Assembly: GCA_044222475.1 (NCBI GenBank)
Contig: JBGANF010000059.1
Span: 1-43,213, forward strand
From: Polyangiaceae bacterium
Lineage (GTDB): Bacteria > Myxococcota_A > Polyangia > Polyangiales > Polyangiaceae
Direction: 5' to 3'
DNA length: 43,213 nucleotides
This document shows, piece by piece, positions 27,825 to 36,556 of this stretch (within the stretch, counting starts at the first letter, position 1; the number at the start of each line of letters is the position of its first letter). The notes under the pieces are model-generated. The model was not told the DNA's origin. It made no database searches and saw nothing but the letters and a program-made list of their open reading frames with translations. Made by a program: the position numbers and the translations under genes.

Positions 27825-28521
27825 TCTTTCGCTCGGCCGCCACGAGTGAGATCAGCGCGCCTTCGAGCTCGCCCGAGAGGGCTTTCCACTGGCTCGCGAT
27901 CATCGCATCGTCGGTCGCGTAGATCGTCTGGGCTTTCGCCTGGGTCGATTGGTCGAGCGACACGTGCCCGTACATGTAGCCGTTGCGCGTGTCGATGACG
28001 AACGCGTCGAGCGCGCTCTCGACCTTGATGTCCCTGAATGGGACGAACAACGTCGGGATGAGCAAGGCCGTCAGCGCGATCCAGCCGTTCGCGCTCACGT
28101 CGGTGCGGCGGCTGTAGTCGACGACGACGAGCACGTCGCAATGCGCGCGCGCCGCGAGCAGGCGGAGCGACTTCGTGCTCACCGGCGCTGGCGCGGGCGG
28201 GGGGTACGGCTGCGTGTCCTCGAAGCGGTGCTGGCCGGTGACCGCGAGCGCGGGGATCGAGTACACGCTCGCGACCCCGGGGACGGCGCGGATCGCCTTG
28301 TCGACGTCGGCGTCCTTGCTGGGGTCGAAGCTGAAGTAGGCGACGTTCAAGACGTCGCCGAGCTGCGGCTTGGCTTCGAAAGCCTTCCGGATGTCGTCGT
28401 CGTCGACCTCGGACGGCGCGTCCGCCGCGAAGTGAGCGACGCGGCTCGGTTGGTAGAGGGATCCGCCGCAAGCGACGGCGGAGAACGAGAGCACGAGGAG
28501 CGGAAGGTAGGAGAGGCGCAT
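27787..28521 (-). CDS. Hypothetical lipoprotein
   Basis: Lipobox SAVAC; internal hydrophobic hairpin followed by LDAFVIDTRNGY. Confidence 0.72.
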   Translation of the reverse strand: MRLSYLPLLVLSFSAVACGGSLYQPSRVAHFAADAPSEVDDDDIRKAFEAKPQLGDVLNVAYFSFDPSKDADVDKAIRAVPGVASVYSIPALAVTGQHRFEDTQPYPPPAPAPVSTKSLRLLAARAHCDVLVVVDYSRRTDVSANGWIALTALLIPTLFVPFRDIKVESALDAFVIDTRNGYMYGHVSLDQSTQAKAQTIYATDDAMIASQWKALSGELEGALISLVAAERKTTVQRSAPAAAK

Positions 28522-28577
28522 GCTCGCGAACGCGCGGCGACCCCGAGATCTTACGGTAGGCTCGGGACCCGCCGTCC

Positions 28578-29378
28578 ATGGGTGATCCGTACCGCACGCC
28601 AGAGGCTCCCCCCGAGGAGCGACCCGAGCCGCCCGACGTCGATCCCGAGATCACGACGCAAGAGGGGCACCGAACGCGCGCGCTCCTCGTCGAGCCAGGC
28701 GACCTCGTGGCCGGGGGCGAGCGCACGATCGAGGTCCGCGAGCTCTGCCGCTGCGAGTCGTGCTCGGGCAAGGGGTGCTCGGTGTGCGACCAGCGCGGCG
28801 GGACGATCAAGAAGAGCACCGTCCAAGTGCGCTGGGAGCCGGGGACCCAAGAGGGCGAGGTCGTCACCCTCGAGGGCCGCGGCGACGTGCCGGGGCTCAG
28901 GCGGGACGTCCCTCTGCGCCGGTTCCCCGACGGGCGCGGCGACCTCCTCGTGCGGATGAGCACCAAGAAGAAGCTCTTTCGTTCGATCGAGAACGCCGAG
29001 CGCCGAAGGCAACGCCGCCAGCGCGAGTACCTGGACCTGCGATCGGTCGCGCGATCGAACCTGGTCACCCAGCGCAACCGCGCGCTGATCGGGCTCGCGG
29101 TGATCGCCATCGGCCTCGGCGGGCTCGCCGGAGTCGCGTACCTGAAGAAGGGCGACTTCGGTGACTCGTGCAAGGGGCCGAACGACTGTCACTCCTCGCT
29201 GTGCATCGAGTCGACGGGCTTCGTGATCGGCAAGGGCGGCTTCACCGAGCGGTCGTGCTCCAAGAGGTGCGGCTCGGACTCCGATTGCCCCGCCGGGACC
29301 TTCTGCGAGGACATCGAGGACCGCGACCCGTATGGGGTGCCGACGGGGAAGACCCTCCGCGCCTGCGGCAAGCGGTGA
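28578..29378 (+). CDS. DnaJ Zn-finger/C-terminal-like domain + TM + Cys-rich exported domain (no J domain)
   Basis: CESCSGKG.CSVC..RGG, V.WEPGTQEGE..TL.GRGD...GDLLV; TM; 10-Cys tail. Confidence 0.7.
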   Translation: MGDPYRTPEAPPEERPEPPDVDPEITTQEGHRTRALLVEPGDLVAGGERTIEVRELCRCESCSGKGCSVCDQRGGTIKKSTVQVRWEPGTQEGEVVTLEGRGDVPGLRRDVPLRRFPDGRGDLLVRMSTKKKLFRSIENAERRRQRRQREYLDLRSVARSNLVTQRNRALIGLAVIAIGLGGLAGVAYLKKGDFGDSCKGPNDCHSSLCIESTGFVIGKGGFTERSCSKRCGSDSDCPAGTFCEDIEDRDPYGVPTGKTLRACGKR

Positions 29379-31478
29379 CTACTCGGGCACGCCAGCGATG
29401 CGCATCGCGCGGATCCAGCGCTCTCTGTCCTCCGCCACCTGAAACCCAATGGCGACCTCGCGCAGCGTGAGGCTCGGTGAGAACTTCATCACCTCGGCCA
29501 TCACGCTGCGCGCCTTCTGCTCTTCGCCCATCTCGGAGTGGGTCGCCGCGAGGACGAAGTACGAGATGGGCCATCGCGGACTGGCCGCGATCGCGAGCTG
29601 CGCGGATTGGATGGCCTCGTCGTAGCGCTTCACCATGAACAGCGCCCACGCCCCCATCCCCTGAGCGCGAGGGCTGGGGAACGGGTCGAGCTCGAGCGAC
29701 AGCTCGTACTGACGCGCCGCCTCTTCGTGCCGACCGACGCTGCGGTACGCGATGCACAGCTCGACGTGTACTTGAGGGTTGTTCGGGTTGAGCGCGATCC
29801 CGCGCTCCATCGAGGCGATGCCCTCGTCATGGCGACCATCGATGGTGAGGATCTGCCCGAGCGCCGCGTGCGCGAGCTCGGAGCGCGGGTCCAGCTCCAC
29901 GGCCTTGCGTGCGTGCTCTCGGGCGCGCTCGATCGACCTTCGCCTGTCCATCTGCTCCTCGCGGAGCCACTGCGCAGAGGGGTAGACGCCCTGGGAGACG
30001 TACGTCTGCGCGAGCCCGCGGTGCGCGTCGGCGTTGCCGGGCTCGACCTCGATCGCCTTGCGGAAGGCGTCGCGCGCTTTGACGAGGTTGTCGCCCTGCG
30101 TCGACAAGCGCAGGTAGCGCCGGCCGAGGAGCGTGTGCTCGTAGGCCGTGAGGTTGTGGGGAGCCTTCGCCGACGCCGCCCTCGAGTCGGCCTCGATCAG
30201 GTTCCCGAAGAGCGCGGATCCGATGGCGCGCGTGAGCTCGTCCTGGACGTCGAACAGCCGCGCCAGCGGCCGATCGTAGCGCTGCGCCCACGCCTGGCTC
30301 TGCGTGTGCGCGTCCACGAGCTTGGCGGTGATGCGCACCTGCTCGCCCGCGCGTCGCACGCTGCCTTCGAGCACGTAGCGCACGCCGAGCTCCTTGGCGA
30401 TCTGGGCGATGTCCACCGATTGGCCTTTGTAACGAAAGGTGGAGTTGCGGGCGATCACCCGCAGCTGCGAGAAGCGCGACAGATCGGTGATCAGATCTTC
30501 CGTGAGCCCGTCGCTGAAGTACTCCTGCTCCTTGTCGTCGCTGAGGTTCGCGAAGGGGAGCACCGCGACGACGGGTCGCGCGTCGGACGCAGGCGCGACG
30601 GACTTCGGCTTTGGTGCGGGGGACGCGAGCTCGGCGACGAGATCCGCCATGCGCGGGAATCGGTCTTCGCGCTTGGCGGAGAGCGTGCGCGCGATCGTCG
30701 CTGCGATCGACTCCGGCACGTCGGAGCGGTGAGTCCGCAGGGCCGCGGGCGGCTGGGTGAGCATGTTCCCGATCAGGTGGAGGAGCTCGCCCTGGGTGTC
30801 CCACGGGTGCCTCCCGGCGAGCAGCTCGAACGCCATCACGCCCCACGCGAACTGGTCGGCGCGGCCGTCGAGCTCGCGACCCTGCATCTGCTCCGGCGCC
30901 ATGTACGCCGCGGTCCCGATCACGACGCCGGCTCCGGTGATCGCTGGAAGGCCCGGCGCCGCCGTGGGCGCGGAGACGTCGACCGGGACGTCGGCGTGGC
31001 GCGCGATGCCGAAGTCGAGCACCTTCACGACGCCGTCGTCTCGGACCATGACGTTCTCGGGCTTGATGTCGCGGTGGACCAACCCCGCCGCGTGCGCGGC
31101 GTCGAGCGCGCGGGCGACGTCGACGAGCCAGGCGAGCTTCTGGGTCCAGGGAACGGTCTCGTCGCCGACGCGCGAGCGGAGCGTGTCGCCCGCGATGTAC
31201 TCCATCGCGATGTACGGCACGGCGTCGACCTCGCCGAGCTCGAACACCGAGACCTTGTTGGGGTGGTCCAGCGCGGCGGCGGCGCGCGCCTCGCGGATCA
31301 TGCGCGCGGTCGCGTCCTTCCGAACCGCTTCGCTCGCGACCTCGGGCGCGAGGAGGAGCTTCAGCGCGACGCGCCGGTGGAGCTTCGTGTCGAACGCGCG
31401 GTAGACCTCGCCCATGCCGCCCTGCCCGAGCAGGCACTCGATGGTGTAGTGGGCGAACGTGTCTCCCGCGGCGCGCAT
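29379..31478 (-). CDS. Ser/Thr protein kinase with TolB-like and TPR domains
   Basis: LGQGGMGEVY, VALK, HRDIKPEN, DFG, GTAAYMAPEQ; VAVLPFANLSDDKEQEYFSDGLTEDLITDLSR; TPRs. Confidence 0.93.
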   Translation of the reverse strand: MRAAGDTFAHYTIECLLGQGGMGEVYRAFDTKLHRRVALKLLLAPEVASEAVRKDATARMIREARAAAALDHPNKVSVFELGEVDAVPYIAMEYIAGDTLRSRVGDETVPWTQKLAWLVDVARALDAAHAAGLVHRDIKPENVMVRDDGVVKVLDFGIARHADVPVDVSAPTAAPGLPAITGAGVVIGTAAYMAPEQMQGRELDGRADQFAWGVMAFELLAGRHPWDTQGELLHLIGNMLTQPPAALRTHRSDVPESIAATIARTLSAKREDRFPRMADLVAELASPAPKPKSVAPASDARPVVAVLPFANLSDDKEQEYFSDGLTEDLITDLSRFSQLRVIARNSTFRYKGQSVDIAQIAKELGVRYVLEGSVRRAGEQVRITAKLVDAHTQSQAWAQRYDRPLARLFDVQDELTRAIGSALFGNLIEADSRAASAKAPHNLTAYEHTLLGRRYLRLSTQGDNLVKARDAFRKAIEVEPGNADAHRGLAQTYVSQGVYPSAQWLREEQMDRRRSIERAREHARKAVELDPRSELAHAALGQILTIDGRHDEGIASMERGIALNPNNPQVHVELCIAYRSVGRHEEAARQYELSLELDPFPSPRAQGMGAWALFMVKRYDEAIQSAQLAIAASPRWPISYFVLAATHSEMGEEQKARSVMAEVMKFSPSLTLREVAIGFQVAEDRERWIRAMRIAGVPE

Positions 31479-31529
31479 CGAGCGATGATCTCACAGGCGC
31501 GCCGAGCTTTGAACGGGTAGCGTAGTCCC

Positions 31530-31934
31530 ATGCGTTTGCTCGTGGTCGCGCTCGCTCTCGCTGCAGGCTGCAGCCGCAGCCAGCCCGCGGATGCGACCTC
31601 CGCTTCCGCTTCCGCTTCCGCTTCCGCTTCCGCTTCCGCTTCCGCTTCCGCTTCCGCGAAGCGATGCCTCCCGGTCGTCGCGGCGGCGTGCGGTTGCGTG
31701 TACACGTGCGCGCCCGGGACCGAAGTGTCCCCGGGCAAGTGGAGCGTGAGTCATCCCTTCTGGGGAAAGACGCCGCTGAACGCGACGGTCGCGCAGTGGT
31801 GCGTCGGCGGTGCGTGCACCGACGCGTTCCACGGCGAGATCGCGTGCAGCGCGATCTGCGCTCCGAAGGCGGCGGATCCCACGTGCCACTTCGAGGGTGA
31901 TGCGTGCGTGAGCGGACGCGACGCGGCGCCGTAG
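31530..31934 (+). CDS. Cys-rich lipoprotein with (SA)n linker
   Basis: Lipobox LAAGC; (SA)~10; 10 further Cys. Confidence 0.78.
   Translation: MRLLVVALALAAGCSRSQPADATSASASASASASASASASASAKRCLPVVAAACGCVYTCAPGTEVSPGKWSVSHPFWGKTPLNATVAQWCVGGACTDAFHGEIACSAICAPKAADPTCHFEGDACVSGRDAAP
31599..31657 (+). repeat. (TCCGCT)n array, ~10 units, in frame in the lipoprotein
   Basis: Same hexamer as the intergenic arrays; no GTCCC hairpin adjacent. Confidence 0.95.
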
Positions 31935-31936
31935 AC

Positions 31937-32815
31937 TCAGGGCGACGGCACGTCCTTCACCAGCGCATCGTGCATCGTCATGTAGATCGCCGGATCGTAG
32001 AAGGTCTGGAAGTGCCCCACGAAGCCCTTGTTGCAGAGACCGATGTTGGTCGCGCCGGGGATGATCGAGGTCGAGTACGGCTGGATGTACTCGTCGGTGC
32101 ACGTGTAGATCGACGTGACCGGCACCGACTTCGGCGGGTTCTTCGAGTTGACCGCTCGGAGGAACGAGCTGCCCGGCGAGAGGTCGTAGAGCGCGGGCCA
32201 ACCGGTGACCATCGCGACGAGGGGCACCGCGGCGATGCCGTGCTGCGGTGAGACGAACGTGACGAGGCGCGAGACCTTGCTCTCGCCGCCGAGCGACTGG
32301 ATGTAGTAGCGCGCGATGAGCCCACCGGTGCACTCGGCGAGGATGTCGATCTTGTCCTGGCCGCTCTCGGCGCGGACCTTCTCGATGACGATCCCGAGAT
32401 CGGCCGACGCCTTGTAGAGGTTGCCGCTGAGGAGCGCCGGCGGCTCGTACACGACCGGGTCGAACCCGTCGCGCTTCAGGCGCGCGACGATCGGATCGAA
32501 CCACTCGGCGCGGATCGTTACGCCGGTGACGAGGAGCACGGTGCGGCGCTTCGCGAGCGGCGTGGGACCGGCCTCGATGTGATCGAGCGCGGCCTTGCGC
32601 TGCGAGGCGTACTTCGCGAGGTACAGGTCGGCCCAGAAGTCGGGCGTGCGCCAGTTGCCCTTCGGCAGCGTCTGACAATCGCCGCCGGTCAGCCAACCGC
32701 AGGCGACGAGCTCGTCGGACGAGGACGAGGTCTCCGCCGTGGACTCCATCGTGTCGGCCGAACAGGCGGCGGTGGCGAGAGCGAGACCGAGGACGAGCGT
32801 GACGTGACGAAGCAT
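31937..32815 (-). CDS. Lipase_2-like alpha/beta hydrolase lipoprotein with Cys at the nucleophile position
   Basis: Lipobox TAAC; VLLVTGV, KIDILAECTGGLIARYYI, LVTFVSPQHG, L.PGSSFL..VN, TDE, VGH. Confidence 0.82.
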   Translation of the reverse strand: MLRHVTLVLGLALATAACSADTMESTAETSSSSDELVACGWLTGGDCQTLPKGNWRTPDFWADLYLAKYASQRKAALDHIEAGPTPLAKRRTVLLVTGVTIRAEWFDPIVARLKRDGFDPVVYEPPALLSGNLYKASADLGIVIEKVRAESGQDKIDILAECTGGLIARYYIQSLGGESKVSRLVTFVSPQHGIAAVPLVAMVTGWPALYDLSPGSSFLRAVNSKNPPKSVPVTSIYTCTDEYIQPYSTSIIPGATNIGLCNKGFVGHFQTFYDPAIYMTMHDALVKDVPSP

Positions 32816-32863
32816 GAGCGTTCTCCCTTTGGGTATGGACCGCGCGGGTTCGGCGGCGCGCAG

Positions 32864-32919
32864 AAAGTGAGGCCGATCTCACTTTTCGTCAATGGAGAAA
32901 GTGAGGCCCACGTCACTTT
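32864..32919. promoter_or_regulatory. Two tandem 22-bp palindromic operators AAAGTGA-N8-TCACTTT (32864-32885, 32898-32919)
   Basis: Visible direct and inverted repeats between the divergent hydrolase and TetR genes; followed by a TG-C-TATGGT extended -10-like site just before the TetR ATG. Confidence 0.85.
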
Positions 32920-32936
32920 TGTGCTATGGTCGCCTG

Positions 32937-33581
32937 ATGCCTCGGAAAAAGCGGGACTTCCAGCAGGAGCGCTCGGAGCGGACCTACCGCGCCATCCTCG
33001 AAGCGGCCGCCACGGTGTTCCCCAAGAAGGGCTTCGAGGGCACGCAGATGTCCGACATCGCCGACGCGGTCGGGCTCTCGGTCGGCGCGGTGTACCGATA
33101 CTTCGACGACAAGCGCGAGCTGTTCCTCGAGATGGTCGAGACGGAGCTCGCAGCGACTCGCGCCGACATCAACGCGCGATTCACGCCCGAGAACTTCATC
33201 GGGTCGACGCCCGAGGACGCGGTCGCGGGCGTGCTCGACATCTTGTTCGATCGCGTGAAGAAGGACGCGGCGATGACGCGGGTGTACCTCGCGATGTCGA
33301 TGAGCGATCCCGACGTCGCGAAGATCCGCAAGGACGGCGAGATCCACGACCGCGCGCTTCTTGCCAACGTCATCCGCGCGGTCACCGCGGGGACGATAGG
33401 CGACGCGGACGCGGCTGCGCTGGTGATCGAGCGCGCCGTGATCGGCGCCGCGGTCGACTGCGTGATCGGAACGAAGGTCGTCTCCGAAGCTGCGGCGAAG
33501 GCGGCGCTGCAGAAGATGATCGTGCGGTACCTGCTCGGAGGCCCACCTTCTACTTCGACAGCAGCACCGAAGCAGCGTTGA
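32937..33581 (+). CDS. TetR/AcrR family transcriptional regulator
   Basis: QERSERT..AILEAA..VF..KGF..T.M.DIA..VG.SVGAVYRYF.DK..LF. Confidence 0.95.
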   Translation: MPRKKRDFQQERSERTYRAILEAAATVFPKKGFEGTQMSDIADAVGLSVGAVYRYFDDKRELFLEMVETELAATRADINARFTPENFIGSTPEDAVAGVLDILFDRVKKDAAMTRVYLAMSMSDPDVAKIRKDGEIHDRALLANVIRAVTAGTIGDADAAALVIERAVIGAAVDCVIGTKVVSEAAAKAALQKMIVRYLLGGPPSTSTAAPKQR

Positions 33582-34176
33582 AAAGATCGGTGAAGAACCC
33601 TCCCCCGCTGGAGCCACTGCCCGGCAGCCCCGCCGCGCGGGCGTCGTCCTCGGTGATCTCGCCCGCGCGCGCTTCGGCGAACGCCTCGATGAACTGAGGA
33701 AGCTCCAGGCCGTCGAACCAGGTGCCGTGCGCGACGCACGTGTCGATGAAGTGCATCGTGCCGGGCGCCTCCGTGCGCTGCATTGCGGTCTTGCACACGG
33801 GGCACGAGAGCAGCGGCGCGCGGTCGACCCGTTGGATGATCGCCACGAGCCGCCGTGCCGCCTCCTGCACGTCGGTGTCGCGGGTGGTGCGGAGGTGGTC
33901 GACGGTCTTCGTGTCCAGCCAGATGCCGCCGCAGTGACCGCAGCCCGCGAGCGTCGCCGTTTGCACGGTGATCGTGCGGAGCGCATCGGCGCAGCGCGGG
34001 CAGCGCAACCCGCCGGGCGCATCGACCGGCGTCGCCACGACGACGCGTTCCACGACGCGCTCCACCACTTCGGGCGCGGGCTTCGAGACCACCTTGCAGA
34101 ACGGACACGCGACGACCGATCGGGCCGCCGCTTCGGGGAGCGGACCGCCGCACTGCGAGCAGACGAGAGATGTCAC
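33550..34176 (-). CDS. zf-TFIIB-like tandem zinc-ribbon protein
   Basis: CSQCG..CPFC; CPRC...CGHCGGIWLD; CPVC...C.AHGTWFD.LEL. Confidence 0.82.
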   Translation of the reverse strand: MTSLVCSQCGGPLPEAAARSVVACPFCKVVSKPAPEVVERVVERVVVATPVDAPGGLRCPRCADALRTITVQTATLAGCGHCGGIWLDTKTVDHLRTTRDTDVQEAARRLVAIIQRVDRAPLLSCPVCKTAMQRTEAPGTMHFIDTCVAHGTWFDGLELPQFIEAFAEARAGEITEDDARAAGLPGSGSSGGGFFTDLFNAASVLLSK

Positions 34177-34192
34177 GCCCCGATCCTATCCG

Positions 34193-35560
34193 TCAGATCG
34201 CGTCCGCCGCCAGCATCCCGAAGTCGCCCAGGCCGTAGTCACCGAAACGGTGCGTGAAGTACGCCTCCGGGATGGGATCGCCGGCCGCCGCGCGCGCCTC
34301 GGTGTAGGCCTCGTACGCGGCGCGGATCGCGGCGACCTGCTTTTTCTTGTCGGTGGTCGCGCGCAGCTTCTTCCCGAGCGCGGCGAAGATGCGATCGATC
34401 GCCGCGTCGAGCTCCGCGTCCGACATCACCGGTGCTTCCTCGATCGCGTCTGCGCCGAGCAGCTCGAGCGCTCCTCGCGCCGCCGCCGCCTGCTTCGCGT
34501 CGGGCGCGTCCGCGAGCGCCGCCACGATCGGCCGCGCGTACTTCGCGTGCGCCTTCAGCCAGTCGCCCGCTGGTTTGCGCCCCGCTCGCTGCGCGCTGAT
34601 CAGCGTCATCAAGCGCACGACGCCGGGATCGCGCAGCGGCGCGAGCGAGTCGACCATGCGCGGCAGATCGAAGCCCGCGATTTTCAGATCACCGCCGAGG
34701 CGCTCGCTGCCGAGGAGCCAGACGACCCGCGCGACGTGCCACATCAGCTCGAACTTCGACACCTTCAGGCGCTCTTCGAGCCCCTGCCCGTCGAGCGTCT
34801 CGAAGCCGGTGGGTGGCGGAGTGCCAACCGGACCGCCGATCCAGTGCAAGATGTCCACGTACGTCGGCACCTTCTTGGAGGCCGGGACGCCCGCGAGCTC
34901 CTTGCGCAACGCGGCCGCGACCTTCGGCGACGCGCGGAGGAGCAACCACGGAAGCGCCGCCGCCACGTAGTGGTGCACCGTGTTGCGGCGCTTCGGATCG
35001 TCGCCGGCCGGTCCCCATCTCTTCACGTTCGCTGCAGCCGACACTGCGTACGACACGGTCGCGCGAGCGACGGGATCGGTCCCGAGGAACGCCTCGTAGA
35101 GGTAGAGCACCTTCGGCCAGCGCCACCGCGAGTACGTGTCGCCCATGCCCCACGCGTGAGGTTGCTCGAGGCTCTCTTCGAGCAGCGCGAGATCGATCGC
35201 GCGGTCGGAGCGCATCATCGCGAGGCGTTCGTCGCGCAGCTTCGCGTTCGTCTTCGGGTGGTTCGCGTCCACGAACAGGAGCGGGCCGACGCGGTAGCCG
35301 AGGAGAAACGCGCGAGCGAGCGGGCGCGGGACGGTGAGGCGCAGCTCGGGGTCGATCGCGTCGAGCGCGGACAGCGCGTGCTTCTCGGCGTCCTTCGCCG
35401 ACGTCGCCTCGTCGGAGAGGAAGCGGACGTTCGGGTAGCCGCGCTCGAACAGTCGATCGCCCTCCGCGTCGAAGCAGAGCCCAGGACCGGGTGGATGCGG
35501 AAAGTCGAACTTCGCGAGGATCGCCGCGATCGATCCGCCGGGCTTCGGTGGGCGCTTCAT
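34193..35560 (-). CDS. Hypothetical protein
   Basis: 455-aa ORF with normal composition that fills the gap; no motif recognised. Confidence 0.65.
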   Translation of the reverse strand: MKRPPKPGGSIAAILAKFDFPHPPGPGLCFDAEGDRLFERGYPNVRFLSDEATSAKDAEKHALSALDAIDPELRLTVPRPLARAFLLGYRVGPLLFVDANHPKTNAKLRDERLAMMRSDRAIDLALLEESLEQPHAWGMGDTYSRWRWPKVLYLYEAFLGTDPVARATVSYAVSAAANVKRWGPAGDDPKRRNTVHHYVAAALPWLLLRASPKVAAALRKELAGVPASKKVPTYVDILHWIGGPVGTPPPTGFETLDGQGLEERLKVSKFELMWHVARVVWLLGSERLGGDLKIAGFDLPRMVDSLAPLRDPGVVRLMTLISAQRAGRKPAGDWLKAHAKYARPIVAALADAPDAKQAAAARGALELLGADAIEEAPVMSDAELDAAIDRIFAALGKKLRATTDKKKQVAAIRAAYEAYTEARAAAGDPIPEAYFTHRFGDYGLGDFGMLAADAI

Positions 35561-35622
35561 CGACGCGAGCGTACCGAAAAGGCACCTTGACGTCCTCGCT
35601 ACCGGAGCGGACGCTCCATGGA

Positions 35623-36450
35623 GTGAGGGCCTCTTGGCGGAGCGTAGTGGCTGCGCTGATCGCGAGCGTTGCGTGCATCGCGTGCGGCGCGCGGACCGGC
35701 ATTCCGGGAGACGATCTCCCTCTCGATCCGATCGACGCGGGCGACGCGCGCGCCGATGCGCCGAAGCCTCCGCCGCCGGGGAAATGCCCGGCCACGTCCG
35801 GATCGGGCGCGCCGTGCGGTCCGCTTCGGTTCCAGCTCGGAACTCGAGAGACGTGCGCTCTCACGACGCTCACGCCACCGGACGCGTTGGGCTCGGTGCC
35901 GTTCACGTGTCCGCTCAACGAGCCGGGCTGTACGAAGACGCTCCCCGGCGATTGCTTCGGGGTGCTCGCGTTGATGCGGTTCGGAAAAGGACACGTCGCG
36001 GCGTTCTGCGACTCGACGATGCTGAGCGAGCTGATCACCGGCGCGAAGCTGCTCGCGTACCTCGGCCGCACGTCGTCGCCGCGCGTGGCGCGCCTCGGCA
36101 AAGGCTACTTCGGCTCGAACCCGATCGGGACGGATCTGGGGAGCGACCTGCCGCCGAAGTATCTCGACCCGGCGGTGCTGGCCGCCGACTGGGACGTCGT
36201 GATCGTGAGTGGTGTGCCGTACGCAACGGCGACGGTGAGCGCAGCGTGGGCGAAGGCGCTCGATGCGTTCGTGAGCGACTTCGGCAAGGGGCTGCTCGCG
36301 ACGCTGGACTACGTGAAGCCCAACGTGCCGCCGTCGACGCTCGATCCGATGAACGCGATCACGCGGCCGATGGGGATCGAGTTCCAGCCCGTCGATCTGG
36401 GCTATGCGACGCTCGACGTGGATCTGGCGTGCGTGCCGGACATGCCGTGA
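35623..36450 (+). CDS. Hypothetical lipoprotein
   Basis: Lipobox CIACG; Cys-rich N-part; G.GHVAAFCDS and DWDVVIV resemble glutamine amidotransferase-like folds; start uncertain. Confidence 0.62.
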   Translation: MRASWRSVVAALIASVACIACGARTGIPGDDLPLDPIDAGDARADAPKPPPPGKCPATSGSGAPCGPLRFQLGTRETCALTTLTPPDALGSVPFTCPLNEPGCTKTLPGDCFGVLALMRFGKGHVAAFCDSTMLSELITGAKLLAYLGRTSSPRVARLGKGYFGSNPIGTDLGSDLPPKYLDPAVLAADWDVVIVSGVPYATATVSAAWAKALDAFVSDFGKGLLATLDYVKPNVPPSTLDPMNAITRPMGIEFQPVDLGYATLDVDLACVPDMP

Positions 36451-36556
36451 GCCTGTGGTATGAACCCGTGCTCCGACGGGCGTGCGGGTGGAGTCGAGGA
36501 CCGCTGGTCCATGATTCCGTTGCTCGCGCGCTCGGCGGAGTACTTCAGAGGGCGAC

